Shown: positions 51,041 through 60,618 of the stretch, piece after piece | Position numbering within the stretch: position 1 is the stretch's first letter | How the letters are laid out: every line of letters starts with the position of its first letter | From: a virus | Taxonomy: Duplodnaviria; Caudoviricetes | IMG/VR virus record: IMGVR_UViG_650627003_000001 | Span: 64,001-128,000 of that record | Length of the DNA stretch: 64,000 nucleotides | Strand: one strand, 5' to 3' | Program-made: the position numbers and the translations under genes | The notes under the pieces: generated by a model | The model's input: the letters and a program-made list of their open reading frames with translations, nothing else | What the model was told of the DNA's origin: nothing | The model's database searches: none

Positions 51041-51682
51041 TTAATTAAGTACATAAAACCGCGAATTTCGTGATTCACGAATTTGTACTGAACCGCTACG
51101 GTTTATATAGTACAATAAGCTTTTTAAAATTGCATGGTCGCGAGGATTGGCTTGATCAATTTTAGATTTCCAATCTTCATTTTGAACAATAAAATCATGT
51201 ACCCAATACGGAATATTTGCATGGCCTGGTGTAGGACCAATTAATACTACCGATGGACTAAAATCTTTTGGAAGTTCAATTTTTTCTAGTGTAGTTGCAG
51301 GAACAAAAGTGGATTCTACTTCACTAGGTTTTTCTAACGCAGGAGCAATTTCTTTTACCGCCTGCACAATTTTTTCTTGTTCGTCAATAGTTTCTTTAGC
51401 TTCTTCAACTACCGCTTCCTGTGGTGATTCTTGGGGCTCTTGGTCAATACGTTGACCTTCTTGATCGATAATTTCTGCAATACTAAGGCCTTCGTTTTCT
51501 TCTGGCATTGGTTCAGCTGCTAATGTCTCTAAAGCTTCTTTGAGGTCTTGCACCATATTATCGAATGATTTATTTTTACGTAATTTAATACCAAATTCTT
51601 CTGCATATTCTGCTAATGCATCTTTTGCCTCTTTGGTTTCCAACGTTTTAAGTTCTTCGACATAGTCTTTATCAAAACTCAT
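51041..51682 (-). CDS. inh: inhibitor of prohead protease
   Basis: LAEYAEEFGIKL.KNKSFDNM, SLLYYINR.GSV.IRESRNS.F. Confidence 0.93.
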   Translation of the reverse strand: MSFDKDYVEELKTLETKEAKDALAEYAEEFGIKLRKNKSFDNMVQDLKEALETLAAEPMPEENEGLSIAEIIDQEGQRIDQEPQESPQEAVVEEAKETIDEQEKIVQAVKEIAPALEKPSEVESTFVPATTLEKIELPKDFSPSVVLIGPTPGHANIPYWVHDFIVQNEDWKSKIDQANPRDHAILKSLLYYINRSGSVQIRESRNSRFYVLN

Positions 51683-51703
51683 TTTAGGTTTCCTCTATCG
51701 GAT

Positions 51704-51725
51704 TATAAATACATCTATATTTATA
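51704..51725. promoter_or_regulatory. divergent late promoters for uvsW and inh
   Basis: TATAAATA on + (51704-11) and - (51725-18). Confidence 0.8.
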
Positions 51726-51739
51726 CTGGAATCCGTAGC

Positions 51740-53239
51740 ATGGACATCAATTTTAAATTTCACGACTATAGTAACGTTTATGTAGAATGCTCTGAAGATA
51801 TTTTCTTTGAAATGCGTGAGCATTTCGCATTCTTTGCAGAAGGCTACCAATTTAATCCAAAATTTAAGTTTGGCGCCTGGGACGGCAAAATTCGTTTACT
51901 TGACTACAATAGACTTTTACCTTTTGGACTAATTGAAGAAGCTGTTAAATTTGCAAGACAAATGGATTATAAAGTTTCTATCGATAATCCTATTAAAGAA
52001 AAAGAACCAATTACAAAAGAGTCATTAAATACTTGGCTAAATAAATTAGAAATTTATTCTGGTTCAAATCGAATTAAGCCACATTGGTATCAAGTCGATG
52101 CTGTATTTGAAGGACTTTATCATAAGCGTCGTATTTTAAATTTACCTACATCGGCAGGTAAATCTTTGATCCAAGCTTTATTATCTCGTTACTACTTAGA
52201 AAATAATGATGGTGCTGTTTTAATTATCGTACCAACAGTCGCATTAGTAACTCAAATGAAAGAAGACTTTATTGATTATCGATTATTCGATAAAGATGAT
52301 ATTGCTGAAATGCGTGGTGGTAAAACTGCTAATGGTCAGCCTATTGTGGTTTCAACTTGGCAAACAGCAGTAAAACAAGAACCTGAATGGTTCACTCAAT
52401 TTGGCATGATGCTTTGTGATGAAATGCATTTGGCCACAGGCATGAGTATTTCCAAGATCATTAAAGGTTTAACTTGTTGTCAATATAAGATGGGTTTATC
52501 AGGTTCACTTAAAGATGGTAAATCTAATTTGATGCAGTACAAAGGATTATTTGGTGAGGTGTTTAAACCTGTATCAACTGCTCAATTAATGGAAGAAGGA
52601 CAAGTTACTGACTTAAACATTAATTGTTTAATGCTTCGCTATCCTGAAGAAGTTCAAGCTGCTTTAAAAGGACGAACCTATCAAGAGGAAATAAAGTACA
52701 TCACGTCATCAAAAGCACGAAACAAAATCGTTTGTGACTTAGCGCAAAAACTTAAAGAGCGTGATCAAAATAGCTTTTTGATGTTTAAAAATATTGCGCA
52801 TGGCAAAATGATTTATGATGAACTTAAAGGACGTGGCCTAGATAACGTTTATTACGTATCAGGTGAAGTTGATGCAGAAACACGCAGTGCATTAAAACAC
52901 ATGGCGGAAAGTCAATCAGGCGTCATTGTAGTAGCTTCTTATGGTGTGTTCTCAACAGGTATTAGTGTTAAAAATCTTCATCATGTTATTTTAGCGCATC
53001 CGGTAAAATCAAAAGTCATTGTTCTCCAAACAATTGGTCGAGTTCTTCGTAAACATGATTCAAAATCTGTTGCAACAGTTTGGGACATCATTGATGATTT
53101 TTCTAAGTTAAAAACAGGAAAGGATGGTAAAGTAAAGCGTACTGATATGAATTATGCTTTAAAACATGGTGTTGAGCGTATTGAGCGTTATGCTTCTGAG
53201 AAGTTCAAGTACATTATTAAAAAGTTAGAGATCAAATAA
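51740..53239 (+). CDS. uvsW: SF2 DNA helicase UvsW
   Basis: LPTSAGKS, DEMH, QTIGRVLR. Confidence 0.97.
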   Translation: MDINFKFHDYSNVYVECSEDIFFEMREHFAFFAEGYQFNPKFKFGAWDGKIRLLDYNRLLPFGLIEEAVKFARQMDYKVSIDNPIKEKEPITKESLNTWLNKLEIYSGSNRIKPHWYQVDAVFEGLYHKRRILNLPTSAGKSLIQALLSRYYLENNDGAVLIIVPTVALVTQMKEDFIDYRLFDKDDIAEMRGGKTANGQPIVVSTWQTAVKQEPEWFTQFGMMLCDEMHLATGMSISKIIKGLTCCQYKMGLSGSLKDGKSNLMQYKGLFGEVFKPVSTAQLMEEGQVTDLNINCLMLRYPEEVQAALKGRTYQEEIKYITSSKARNKIVCDLAQKLKERDQNSFLMFKNIAHGKMIYDELKGRGLDNVYYVSGEVDAETRSALKHMAESQSGVIVVASYGVFSTGISVKNLHHVILAHPVKSKVIVLQTIGRVLRKHDSKSVATVWDIIDDFSKLKTGKDGKVKRTDMNYALKHGVERIERYASEKFKYIIKKLEIK

Positions 53240-53265
53240 AAATGGGACCGATTGGTCCCATTTTT
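53238..53265. terminator. bidirectional terminator
   Basis: AAAAATGGGACC-GATT-GGTCCCATTTTT. Confidence 0.85.
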
Positions 53266-53572
53266 ATTTAACTTCAGTGACGTAGAAATCTAAGATTTCA
53301 CCAAACCAATCAACCTTTGCAATACCATTTTCGAAATCAAGTTCTTTAACAAGAAATTTGGCTTCATGGCCGCATACACCATAACCCCATTCAAACTTAC
53401 GATATGGGCAAACATAATGAACGTTTTGTAACTCTTTACACTCTGTCATTGATACCCAAAACTTAAGACCAGGTGCGCCGACAAATTGAACTTTCCAATA
53501 TTGAGAAACACCTTTAAGTTGCTTGTGATCAGTAGTTAATGTAACTTCACGAAATGATGTAACTTTAGACAT
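53264..53572 (-). CDS. hypothetical early protein (102 aa)
   Basis: GAGG RBS, own early promoter. Confidence 0.75.
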   Translation of the reverse strand: MSKVTSFREVTLTTDHKQLKGVSQYWKVQFVGAPGLKFWVSMTECKELQNVHYVCPYRKFEWGYGVCGHEAKFLVKELDFENGIAKVDWFGEILDFYVTEVK

Positions 53573-53590
53573 AGTGTATTCCTCATGTTT

Positions 53591-53645
53591 ATGCGTTATT
53601 GCATTTGATAAAGCTATAGTACCACTTCCTTGTGGTGTTGTAAAC
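53591..53645 (-). promoter_or_regulatory. early promoter cassette (PeSL-like)
   Basis: GTTTAC...TGGTACTAT plus a leader identical to 8302-8329. Confidence 0.8.
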
Positions 53646-53681
53646 AGTTAATCAATAAATTTTACATTGATCTCAATTCCA

Positions 53682-54110
53682 TTAAATACCCATCATTTCT
53701 TTATATGTTTTCTTAGCTAATTCAAGCCAAGATTTGCGAGAAATCGTATCATCAAGTCCACGGCAAATTGCAGCAGTGAATAATGATAAAACTTTTAACT
53801 GGTCTTCGTTGTAAGCCACAGTAAATTCAGAACAACTTCTTGGACGTTCACGACCTTTAATAAACAAAAAATCTGCAAACATAGGTTCTTTATATTTTAC
53901 AGGGAACACTGTTATTCCAAAAATGTCTTCAAGAATTTTGTTTTCATAACCTTCCCAATAATTACCACGCATTACAGTTTGTCCGATAACGCACCAAGAA
54001 TACATGTTCATGTCAAACTCATAAACATCTTTTAAGTCTTCTACTAAACCAATCATGTGGTTTAAGCCAGCCAGTAAGTCCGCACGCGAACCATTTACGT
54101 ATGTAGTCAT
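53682..54110 (-). CDS. hypothetical early protein (start likely MTTYVN at 54110)
   Basis: GAGG RBS before 54110; the longer ORF overlaps the promoter. Confidence 0.75.
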   Translation of the reverse strand: MTTYVNGSRADLLAGLNHMIGLVEDLKDVYEFDMNMYSWCVIGQTVMRGNYWEGYENKILEDIFGITVFPVKYKEPMFADFLFIKGRERPRSCSEFTVAYNEDQLKVLSLFTAAICRGLDDTISRKSWLELAKKTYKEMMGI

Positions 54111-54129
54111 TTTGTGTTCCTCAAGACAT

Positions 54130-54180
54130 GTTATTGCATTTGATAGAGATAATATACTCAATAAAAATCAGTTTGTAAAC
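54130..54180 (-). promoter_or_regulatory. early promoter cassette (PeSL-like)
   Basis: GTTTAC...TATATT; shares 16-nt TATCAAATGCAATAAC leader. Confidence 0.75.
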
Positions 54181-54190
54181 TGCTAAATGC

Positions 54191-54212
54191 AAAAAGTGGA
54201 CCGAAGTCCACT
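54191..54212 (-). terminator. intrinsic terminator with UUCG loop
   Basis: AGTGGAC-TTCG-GTCCACT-TTTT. Confidence 0.85.
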
Positions 54213-54214
54213 AA

Positions 54215-54382
54215 TTACATCAAAAGCTCTACTTCTTGTAGAATTTGATCACTTGATTCTGAAACTGGTGTTTCATTTGCATGATTTAAGCATGGGCCTG
54301 GGTGAACTGGACCATGAACAGTTTCTACGACTAAAGCGTCTTCAATTGGTGTTTTGCATACAGCACAAATTACAGTTTGCAT
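54215..54382 (-). CDS. uvsY.-2: UvsY.-2 homologue
   Basis: ICAVCKTPI..ALVVET..GPVHPGPC; start at 54382. Confidence 0.85.
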   Translation of the reverse strand: MQTVICAVCKTPIEDALVVETVHGPVHPGPCLNHANETPVSESSDQILQEVELLM

Positions 54383-54383
54383 T

Positions 54384-54791
54384 TTAAGCTCCTGACTCAA
54401 ATGTTCTTAAGTCAATAATGTGTTTAATAGAGAATCCACGAGAACGAATAGCGTCTAAAGCGCCACTACAATATTCAAGTAGAATTTGGTAATACTCAAT
54501 GGTAGTTTCTATTTTGACCATTTCATCATCGCCGCCCATAACTGTTTTCATCTCAGAACGTTCATAACGATCAAAAGAACAGTCATCACTACGACCAGAA
54601 TAATAATCTAACTTAGTCTTCGATAGACGCTTCTTCGAAGCTTCATGCTGAAGCATGATTTTTCTTATATCAGCATGTCTATTCATCCATTGAGAATATA
54701 AAATTGGATTACGAGCTGCCATTAATTGGAGATTTGTAAAATCAATCTCTAAATCTTTAGCTAATTGCTCTTTTAATTGATCTAAATTCAT
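54384..54791 (-). CDS. uvsY: recombination mediator UvsY
   Basis: YYSGR, YERSEMKTV, ALDAI.SRGF.IKHI. Confidence 0.95.
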   Translation of the reverse strand: MNLDQLKEQLAKDLEIDFTNLQLMAARNPILYSQWMNRHADIRKIMLQHEASKKRLSKTKLDYYSGRSDDCSFDRYERSEMKTVMGGDDEMVKIETTIEYYQILLEYCSGALDAIRSRGFSIKHIIDLRTFESGA

Positions 54792-54849
54792 TAGAACTCC
54801 TATCTATCTTCCCCGCCTGAAAATATATGGGAGGGAACCTGGTGAACCA

Positions 54850-54877
54850 ATTATACAACATTTATAAATAAAGTACT
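54850..54877 (-). promoter_or_regulatory. uvsY promoter, middle-type (oriF-equivalent position)
   Basis: AGTACTTTA-13 nt-TATAAT; MotA box imperfect. Confidence 0.55.
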
Positions 54878-54918
54878 TTGGCTTTTCAGGACCTTTATTT
54901 TAGATGATCATTTTTTGA

Positions 54919-55314
54919 TCAAGTACTAGAATTACTCAATTGAAGCTTGAGCTGTTCTAACGTATCAGGGTTATCCAAAATAGTAAATCGTACTTCAACA
55001 ATAATCGCGTTGTCATCATAAACTGGAATTACATCAACTTGTAATTGAAGAATCCTTGGCTCATAAGTTCTAACAGCTGAAATGATATTACGCTCAATTG
55101 TATCGGCGACAAGTGGATTTAAGTTTTCAAATAATTGATCAGATAAATCACACCCAAAATCTGGATCAAATGGTCTAGAACCACGTCTTGTAGTAATAAT
55201 TCCAAGAAGCGAATTTTTAACAGCCCGCGCGCCTGTTGCTTTAGCAACATCCCGATCCCAAGACATATTTAGCTCAGGATCAAAGTCAGTATACAATACA
55301 TTAATATTGCTCAT
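54919..55314 (-). CDS. 25: baseplate wedge subunit gp25
   Basis: VKNSLLGIITTR.GSRPFDP.FGC, YEPRI. Confidence 0.96.
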   Translation of the reverse strand: MSNINVLYTDFDPELNMSWDRDVAKATGARAVKNSLLGIITTRRGSRPFDPDFGCDLSDQLFENLNPLVADTIERNIISAVRTYEPRILQLQVDVIPVYDDNAIIVEVRFTILDNPDTLEQLKLQLSNSST

Positions 55315-55961
55315 AATACCGCCTTAAATAATTTGTTAAAACCATCGATAACATGTACTTCACTTTTACCACATTCACATTTAACAGGGACAGCAACATA
55401 AGGCTTTGGACCTAACACTAAATCTTTAATTTTGTTAATATGTTCTGTAGTAATTAAGCTTTGAAGTGTTTCAAGTTCAACATCAGAAAGCTCATCAATT
55501 TTTAAAACCTGTTCATTGGTCATAATTTGATCTAATGAATTAACAATCAAAGAATAAATGTTTTGATCTTCAAATAATGAAGGATATTTTAATCTAACTT
55601 TAAATGATCCAATAGATAGTGGCTCTTTAAGTCCAGGATAGTCCTTAGGATAACCTATTTGAACGGATGAATAATCTATTGGAACACTGAATGTCCGCCC
55701 ACAGGCGCAATTATACGGAGTATCTACTTTTCCTTCATTAATACTCTTTGCAATCAAAACAATAATAAGCATCTCTAAACTATGCTTAGAGATATTCTTA
55801 GCATTTGTATTTTTGTCTAAAATATCAATTAAAAGATTTTGTAACGCTTCAATGTTATGAGTACCACGAGTCGATAAAATTTCTAAATACTGCGATACGC
55901 TTAAAGCTTTACATGATACTTGTTGATCTGGGGTGTTTACATTAAACAGAAAGTCGTACAT
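55311..55961 (-). CDS. 26: baseplate hub assembly protein gp26
   Basis: Synteny, CxCG motifs. Confidence 0.88.
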   Translation of the reverse strand: MYDFLFNVNTPDQQVSCKALSVSQYLEILSTRGTHNIEALQNLLIDILDKNTNAKNISKHSLEMLIIVLIAKSINEGKVDTPYNCACGRTFSVPIDYSSVQIGYPKDYPGLKEPLSIGSFKVRLKYPSLFEDQNIYSLIVNSLDQIMTNEQVLKIDELSDVELETLQSLITTEHINKIKDLVLGPKPYVAVPVKCECGKSEVHVIDGFNKLFKAVL

Positions 55962-55981
55962 ACTAACCTCTATGAGTCATT

Positions 55982-55995
55982 TATAAATATTTATA
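55982..55995. promoter_or_regulatory. overlapping divergent late promoters for genes 51 and 26
   Basis: TATAAATATTTATA. Confidence 0.8.
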
Positions 55996-56010
55996 AAGGA
56001 GTAAACTTGT

Positions 56011-56772
56011 ATGGCAAATATTATTAGATGCAAGCTCCCAGACGGTATTCGTAAATTCCAGCCATTTAAAGTCTCTGACTATCGTGACTTTTTGCTGATT
56101 CGTTCTGGGCTTGATAACATGACCGATGAAGAACAACGTGAAGCAATCGATAGTTTAACTGAAGACTATTTTGGTAATGAGCCAAAACTTTACCGAGATT
56201 ACTTGTTTTTAAAGCGTTTCACAAGCTCAATAGGTAAGACTAAAATTCCAGTAGCATATGAATGTCCTGACTGTGGAAAGCGTCATAAAGCAATGCTCAA
56301 TTTAGCACAAGATGATTTGACAAATCCGGTAATTGAAGTAAACGATCTTAAGCTTAAATTTAAGTTTCCAGAAATTGAAGTAGACGATAATTCCGAATTA
56401 ATAAAGTCATGCTTAATTTCAGTTGAACAAAACGAAGTTGAATACAATTGGGATGATTTAGATGAAGATACTAAAGTTGCAGTGATTGAATCAATTGATT
56501 TAAAAACATTTGAAGAGATTGTAAAACGCTTAAATACGCTCTACTTTGTTTTGACTTTGCGATGCGAAAATACATATCGTATTGTGTATAAAGACCTAGT
56601 CAAGATTTTTAAAATTTTAGTAGGGTCTGATGAGATTTTTACTTTTTACAAAATCAATCATATTTTGTCCAAAAATAATTATGACATCAATTCAATTATG
56701 AACATGATTCCAGTAGAACGTGGATTTGCATTATCATTAATTGAACAAGATAAAGAGAGAGAATCACAATGA
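56011..56772 (+). CDS. 51: baseplate hub assembly protein gp51
   Basis: MANIIRCKLPDG, SIGKTK, MIP.ER. Confidence 0.93.
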   Translation: MANIIRCKLPDGIRKFQPFKVSDYRDFLLIRSGLDNMTDEEQREAIDSLTEDYFGNEPKLYRDYLFLKRFTSSIGKTKIPVAYECPDCGKRHKAMLNLAQDDLTNPVIEVNDLKLKFKFPEIEVDDNSELIKSCLISVEQNEVEYNWDDLDEDTKVAVIESIDLKTFEEIVKRLNTLYFVLTLRCENTYRIVYKDLVKIFKILVGSDEIFTFYKINHILSKNNYDINSIMNMIPVERGFALSLIEQDKERESQ

Positions 56773-58364
56773 GTAGATTACAACGTCCTGGGTATCCTAA
56801 CGTCAGTATTAAGCTTTATGAAGATTATGATGCTTGGCAAGAAAATAGATTTCTTGAACTCGCTTCAACTTTTATTTCTTTGACTATTCGTGACGGATTA
56901 TTTGGAAGAAATGAAGGTATGCTCCAATTCTATGACGCCGGGGCATTACACACAAAAATGAACGGCGAGCAAATAATCCAAATTTCGTTAGCTAATGCAA
57001 ATACACAAAACGTATTGACTAGAATTTATGGCAGCAAAAACTTTTCAACATCTGTGAACGACAAAGGCGATAATGTAAACACAATTAATTTAGAGCCTAT
57101 TCACAATGTCAAAAACTTAAAATTTAGTCGAGCATTTTTTAGTAATGCTACTGAAACTGTTGAAGAAATGATTCGGGTTATCTATAAAGAAATGCCTGAA
57201 CTAGCACCATCAGTAAATGGTCTAAATATCTTTGTTCCTCGAGTGCCTTGGGTTAGTGATATTGAAACATACTTGGACTTTACACGTGAAGTCGGTATGT
57301 CTGTTGATAACGAATCATTTGTGTTTGCTTGGGAAGATATTTCTGGCATTAACTTAAATGACTACCAATCATTAACTGAACAACCAGCTTTACAAATGGT
57401 AGTTGGTGAACCTAGATTAATTGGTGAATATGTTGATCAAATGGACGTGCCGTTAGCATATGATTTCAACTGGCTTACAAAAACAAATCAGTATACACGT
57501 AATCCTTTAGAGAATACAACGTTTTATGCTCATTCTTTTAATGACAAAGAAATCCAAAGATTGTCAACTGGTACTGGCGAAAATGCAGTCTATTTAAGTC
57601 GTTCTGGCGGTTATAATGAAATGACTTATCGTAATGGGTATGAAGAAGCTTTACGTCTTTGTACTATGGCGCAATATGACGGGTATGCAGAATGCAAAAT
57701 CGTTGGCAATTTTGAAATTACTCCTGGATTAAAAATTAACTTTGGCGATCCTAAAGGACAGTTTAAAACTGACTTCTATGTTGACGAAGTTATTCATGAG
57801 ATTTCTAATTCTTCCTCTGTTACAAATATCTACATGTTCACTAATGGTAAAGAGCTTCAACCCGTTAATTTGATTAAGATCAAAAACACAATAAACTCTG
57901 AAACTGCTGATGTAGAAATTTTAGAAGAAGAACAACCTGAAGCAACTGGAAACTTAGGTGATGCTCAATGGAATCTTGACAAGCTTGCGTCTTCTGCAAC
58001 TAGTGCTGCACAAGGTAGAAAGTCAACTGGTGATTGTGCTTTATTCGTACGACGTGCTTTAGAAAAGGCCCAAATTAAAAGATACTTTAGTGGTGGTCTT
58101 GGGCATGCGAATCAGTTTCCACCTAGATTAGTTGCTATGGACTGGGTCCCAATCGGACAAAACGTTAAAGACTTTAAAAAGGGCGACATAAGTGTTTTTG
58201 ACAGAACTCACACTGAGCTTGGTAAAAAATACGGTCACGTTGCTATTTACAATGGATCAAAATGGGTATCGGATTTTATCCAATCATCTGTACAACCTAC
58301 ATTCGGTCAAAACTTAACCTATACAATATATAGAGCCCGTAAGGGATATTCTGCTGGAGCATAA
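56769..58364 (+). CDS. 27: baseplate hub gp27 with C-terminal Cys-His peptidoglycan amidase extension
   Basis: LQRPGYPNVSIKLY..YDAW hub; extra C-terminal domain with STGDCA...GHVAIY. Confidence 0.92.
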   Translation: MSRLQRPGYPNVSIKLYEDYDAWQENRFLELASTFISLTIRDGLFGRNEGMLQFYDAGALHTKMNGEQIIQISLANANTQNVLTRIYGSKNFSTSVNDKGDNVNTINLEPIHNVKNLKFSRAFFSNATETVEEMIRVIYKEMPELAPSVNGLNIFVPRVPWVSDIETYLDFTREVGMSVDNESFVFAWEDISGINLNDYQSLTEQPALQMVVGEPRLIGEYVDQMDVPLAYDFNWLTKTNQYTRNPLENTTFYAHSFNDKEIQRLSTGTGENAVYLSRSGGYNEMTYRNGYEEALRLCTMAQYDGYAECKIVGNFEITPGLKINFGDPKGQFKTDFYVDEVIHEISNSSSVTNIYMFTNGKELQPVNLIKIKNTINSETADVEILEEEQPEATGNLGDAQWNLDKLASSATSAAQGRKSTGDCALFVRRALEKAQIKRYFSGGLGHANQFPPRLVAMDWVPIGQNVKDFKKGDISVFDRTHTELGKKYGHVAIYNGSKWVSDFIQSSVQPTFGQNLTYTIYRARKGYSAGA

Positions 58365-58365
58365 A

Positions 58366-58920
58366 ATGATTTCACTAAATATTAAACCTTTAACTAAGTC
58401 GGTTCAAGTCAATGGCAAAACTGTACAAGTGCCTAAACTTGGTTTAAAGCATTACGGCCTTATCAAAGAAATCAGATCAAAGTCTGAAAATATGAAGCGT
58501 CTAATGGATTCAATCCAAAAAGGATTAACTGTAGCAGAACGAGATATTGTAACTTTACATTTGTTTGAATTCAATACTGAGATGCCCAATAAGTGCTTTG
58601 TCAATGATCAAGAAATAACACTTGATGACGTTTATGTATGTCAAAAGTTAAAATTCACTTATCAAGATAAAGTGTTCAAATTTAAATCATATCATGGCGA
58701 TCAAATTGATGTTGTACCAGAACTTCTCCAAAGTTGTTTAGTTTCTGTAAAAGACAGCAATGGTAATGAATTAGACCATCCAAATTTTATGGATATGCCT
58801 GCATTTGTTGTAAACTGGGCAGAACAAATTTTGCAAACTATAGCCGTGGATACACCTAATGGGACTGTCAGAGGCTTAAACGATATTATGGAGCTATTCA
58901 ATGGCACAACAAAGTCTTAA
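58366..58920 (+). CDS. 28: baseplate hub distal subunit gp28
   Basis: PKLGLKHY, DVYVCQ.L.F, F.DMPAFV..WA. Confidence 0.92.
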   Translation: MISLNIKPLTKSVQVNGKTVQVPKLGLKHYGLIKEIRSKSENMKRLMDSIQKGLTVAERDIVTLHLFEFNTEMPNKCFVNDQEITLDDVYVCQKLKFTYQDKVFKFKSYHGDQIDVVPELLQSCLVSVKDSNGNELDHPNFMDMPAFVVNWAEQILQTIAVDTPNGTVRGLNDIMELFNGTTKS

Positions 58921-60610
58921 GTCTGAAGTAAGAGATCGGGTTCTAGCAAAATCCGCATCTCTTCGTGATGCTAGAAAACAAATTATCGATAAGGCAAATT
59001 CACAAACGCTAAAGCCACAGGAATCACCACAGGAAGCGGTTCAAACACCTATTGATGATTTATCACCTGTTAGCTCTACTATGTCGCAGGCGTTGCAACA
59101 AAGCTCTACAAGTAATGAAATTGGACGTGCCTCACTAGATGAGTTACACAACATATCTGAATCATCAAAACTAATAAACCAACGCTTACAAAAATTAAGC
59201 ACATTACTGGAATCTAAATTTGTTAATGCAGAAACAAAACCAGTAGAGCTTAACGAGCGTGCAGTAGATGTAATTAAAGATTATGTCGAAAAACCAGAGC
59301 AAAAAGTCCCAGAGCCTAATCCTATTCCTAAACTTTTACCTGGTATTGAGTACACTTCATCATTAGGTGATACAAAGGATGATCAATCCAAAACTGTCGA
59401 CCAAAAAGAAAAGCGTGAAGATGCAAATGGTACAGGTGTAAAAAGCATTTTAAAAACTGGATTTGGTAAAACCGTTTCAGTAATTGATCGTATTTCCGGG
59501 TTCTTATTCAAATATACTTTGTCAGCCGCAATTGCTTCGGCTAAAATTGTTGGTGGGCTTTTTGCTTTAATTCTTGGATTTGATTTGCTCCGTATTCACT
59601 TTAAATATTGGGGCGAAAAACTTATGGAGAAGTTTGATCAAATTTCTGACTGGTTCGGTGAAAATATATCTGCTCCTTTTAATGCATTACTTGAACGATG
59701 GACTCCGGTTTTCGAAAGTATTATGGATTCTGTAGGATTCGTAAAGCGTGCATGGGAAAACGGAGATTGGGGAGCTTTAATTTCCGGTATTGGTAGTGCT
59801 ATCGATACAGCAACAACTTCTCTTTTAGTAGGTATCCAATCGGCATTAGCCAAATTAGGTGCTGCAATTTTGGACAAGTTAGGATTTAAAGATGCTGCAG
59901 ATAATTTAGAAGGTGCTGCTATTCAAAACAAGCAAAACCACACAGATGCTGTTTTAAGTGACAAAGAAAAGATAGCATTAGCCGAGTATCAAAAGAAAAA
60001 TATTGAAAAAGGCGAAGCACCATCGCGTGGCGGTATTACATCATTCCTACCTGATTCTTGGCGTAAAAATCTTGATTTAATCACTGAACAAGATTACAAT
60101 CAAATTAAAGCTGAAGAAAAAGATATGGGACGATTAAAATCCATGTCTAGTGATGATCAAACTAAAGTATTGATCAAAAACAATGAGGCTAAAGATGCTT
60201 TAGATCGTTATGCCGAAGCTGGACGTAAACTTGATGTAAATAATGAGCAAGATAAAGCTAGATTAAATAAGCTATATAACGAGGCTTCAACGAGAGTAAA
60301 AGATAAAGACCTCTCGAATACACCAGAAGTTCAAAAACACTTAGAAGGCCGTTTAGAGCGAATTAAAAACTCTATCAACGCTAAAAAAGTAAAAGTTGAA
60401 CCTGCCCCTTCAAATGAAAGCAAAGATGCTACAACTGCTAGTCGTATCCAAGCTATCGATTCGAAGAAGAACTCATCTGCTGGTAATGGCAATGCTAGTA
60501 ACACTAATGTTCAAAACAATATTGTTAAGTCTAATCGACAAATTAACATTCAAGCCCCAGTAACAAGTTCTAATGCACCTGGTATATTCAAAGCTACTAG
60601 CGCAAATTAA
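58901..60610 (+). CDS. 29: baseplate hub / tape measure gp29
   Basis: DRIS..LFKYT, helical, T...APG C-terminus; synteny. Confidence 0.9.
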   Translation: MAQQSLKSEVRDRVLAKSASLRDARKQIIDKANSQTLKPQESPQEAVQTPIDDLSPVSSTMSQALQQSSTSNEIGRASLDELHNISESSKLINQRLQKLSTLLESKFVNAETKPVELNERAVDVIKDYVEKPEQKVPEPNPIPKLLPGIEYTSSLGDTKDDQSKTVDQKEKREDANGTGVKSILKTGFGKTVSVIDRISGFLFKYTLSAAIASAKIVGGLFALILGFDLLRIHFKYWGEKLMEKFDQISDWFGENISAPFNALLERWTPVFESIMDSVGFVKRAWENGDWGALISGIGSAIDTATTSLLVGIQSALAKLGAAILDKLGFKDAADNLEGAAIQNKQNHTDAVLSDKEKIALAEYQKKNIEKGEAPSRGGITSFLPDSWRKNLDLITEQDYNQIKAEEKDMGRLKSMSSDDQTKVLIKNNEAKDALDRYAEAGRKLDVNNEQDKARLNKLYNEASTRVKDKDLSNTPEVQKHLEGRLERIKNSINAKKVKVEPAPSNESKDATTASRIQAIDSKKNSSAGNGNASNTNVQNNIVKSNRQINIQAPVTSSNAPGIFKATSAN

Positions 60611-60618
60611 GGTGACTT

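Noticed and set aside
54863-54870. Plus-strand TATAAATA pointing antisense into gene 25
   Set aside because: It lies in the AT-rich spacer of the uvsY promoter and may be chance; no supporting ORF
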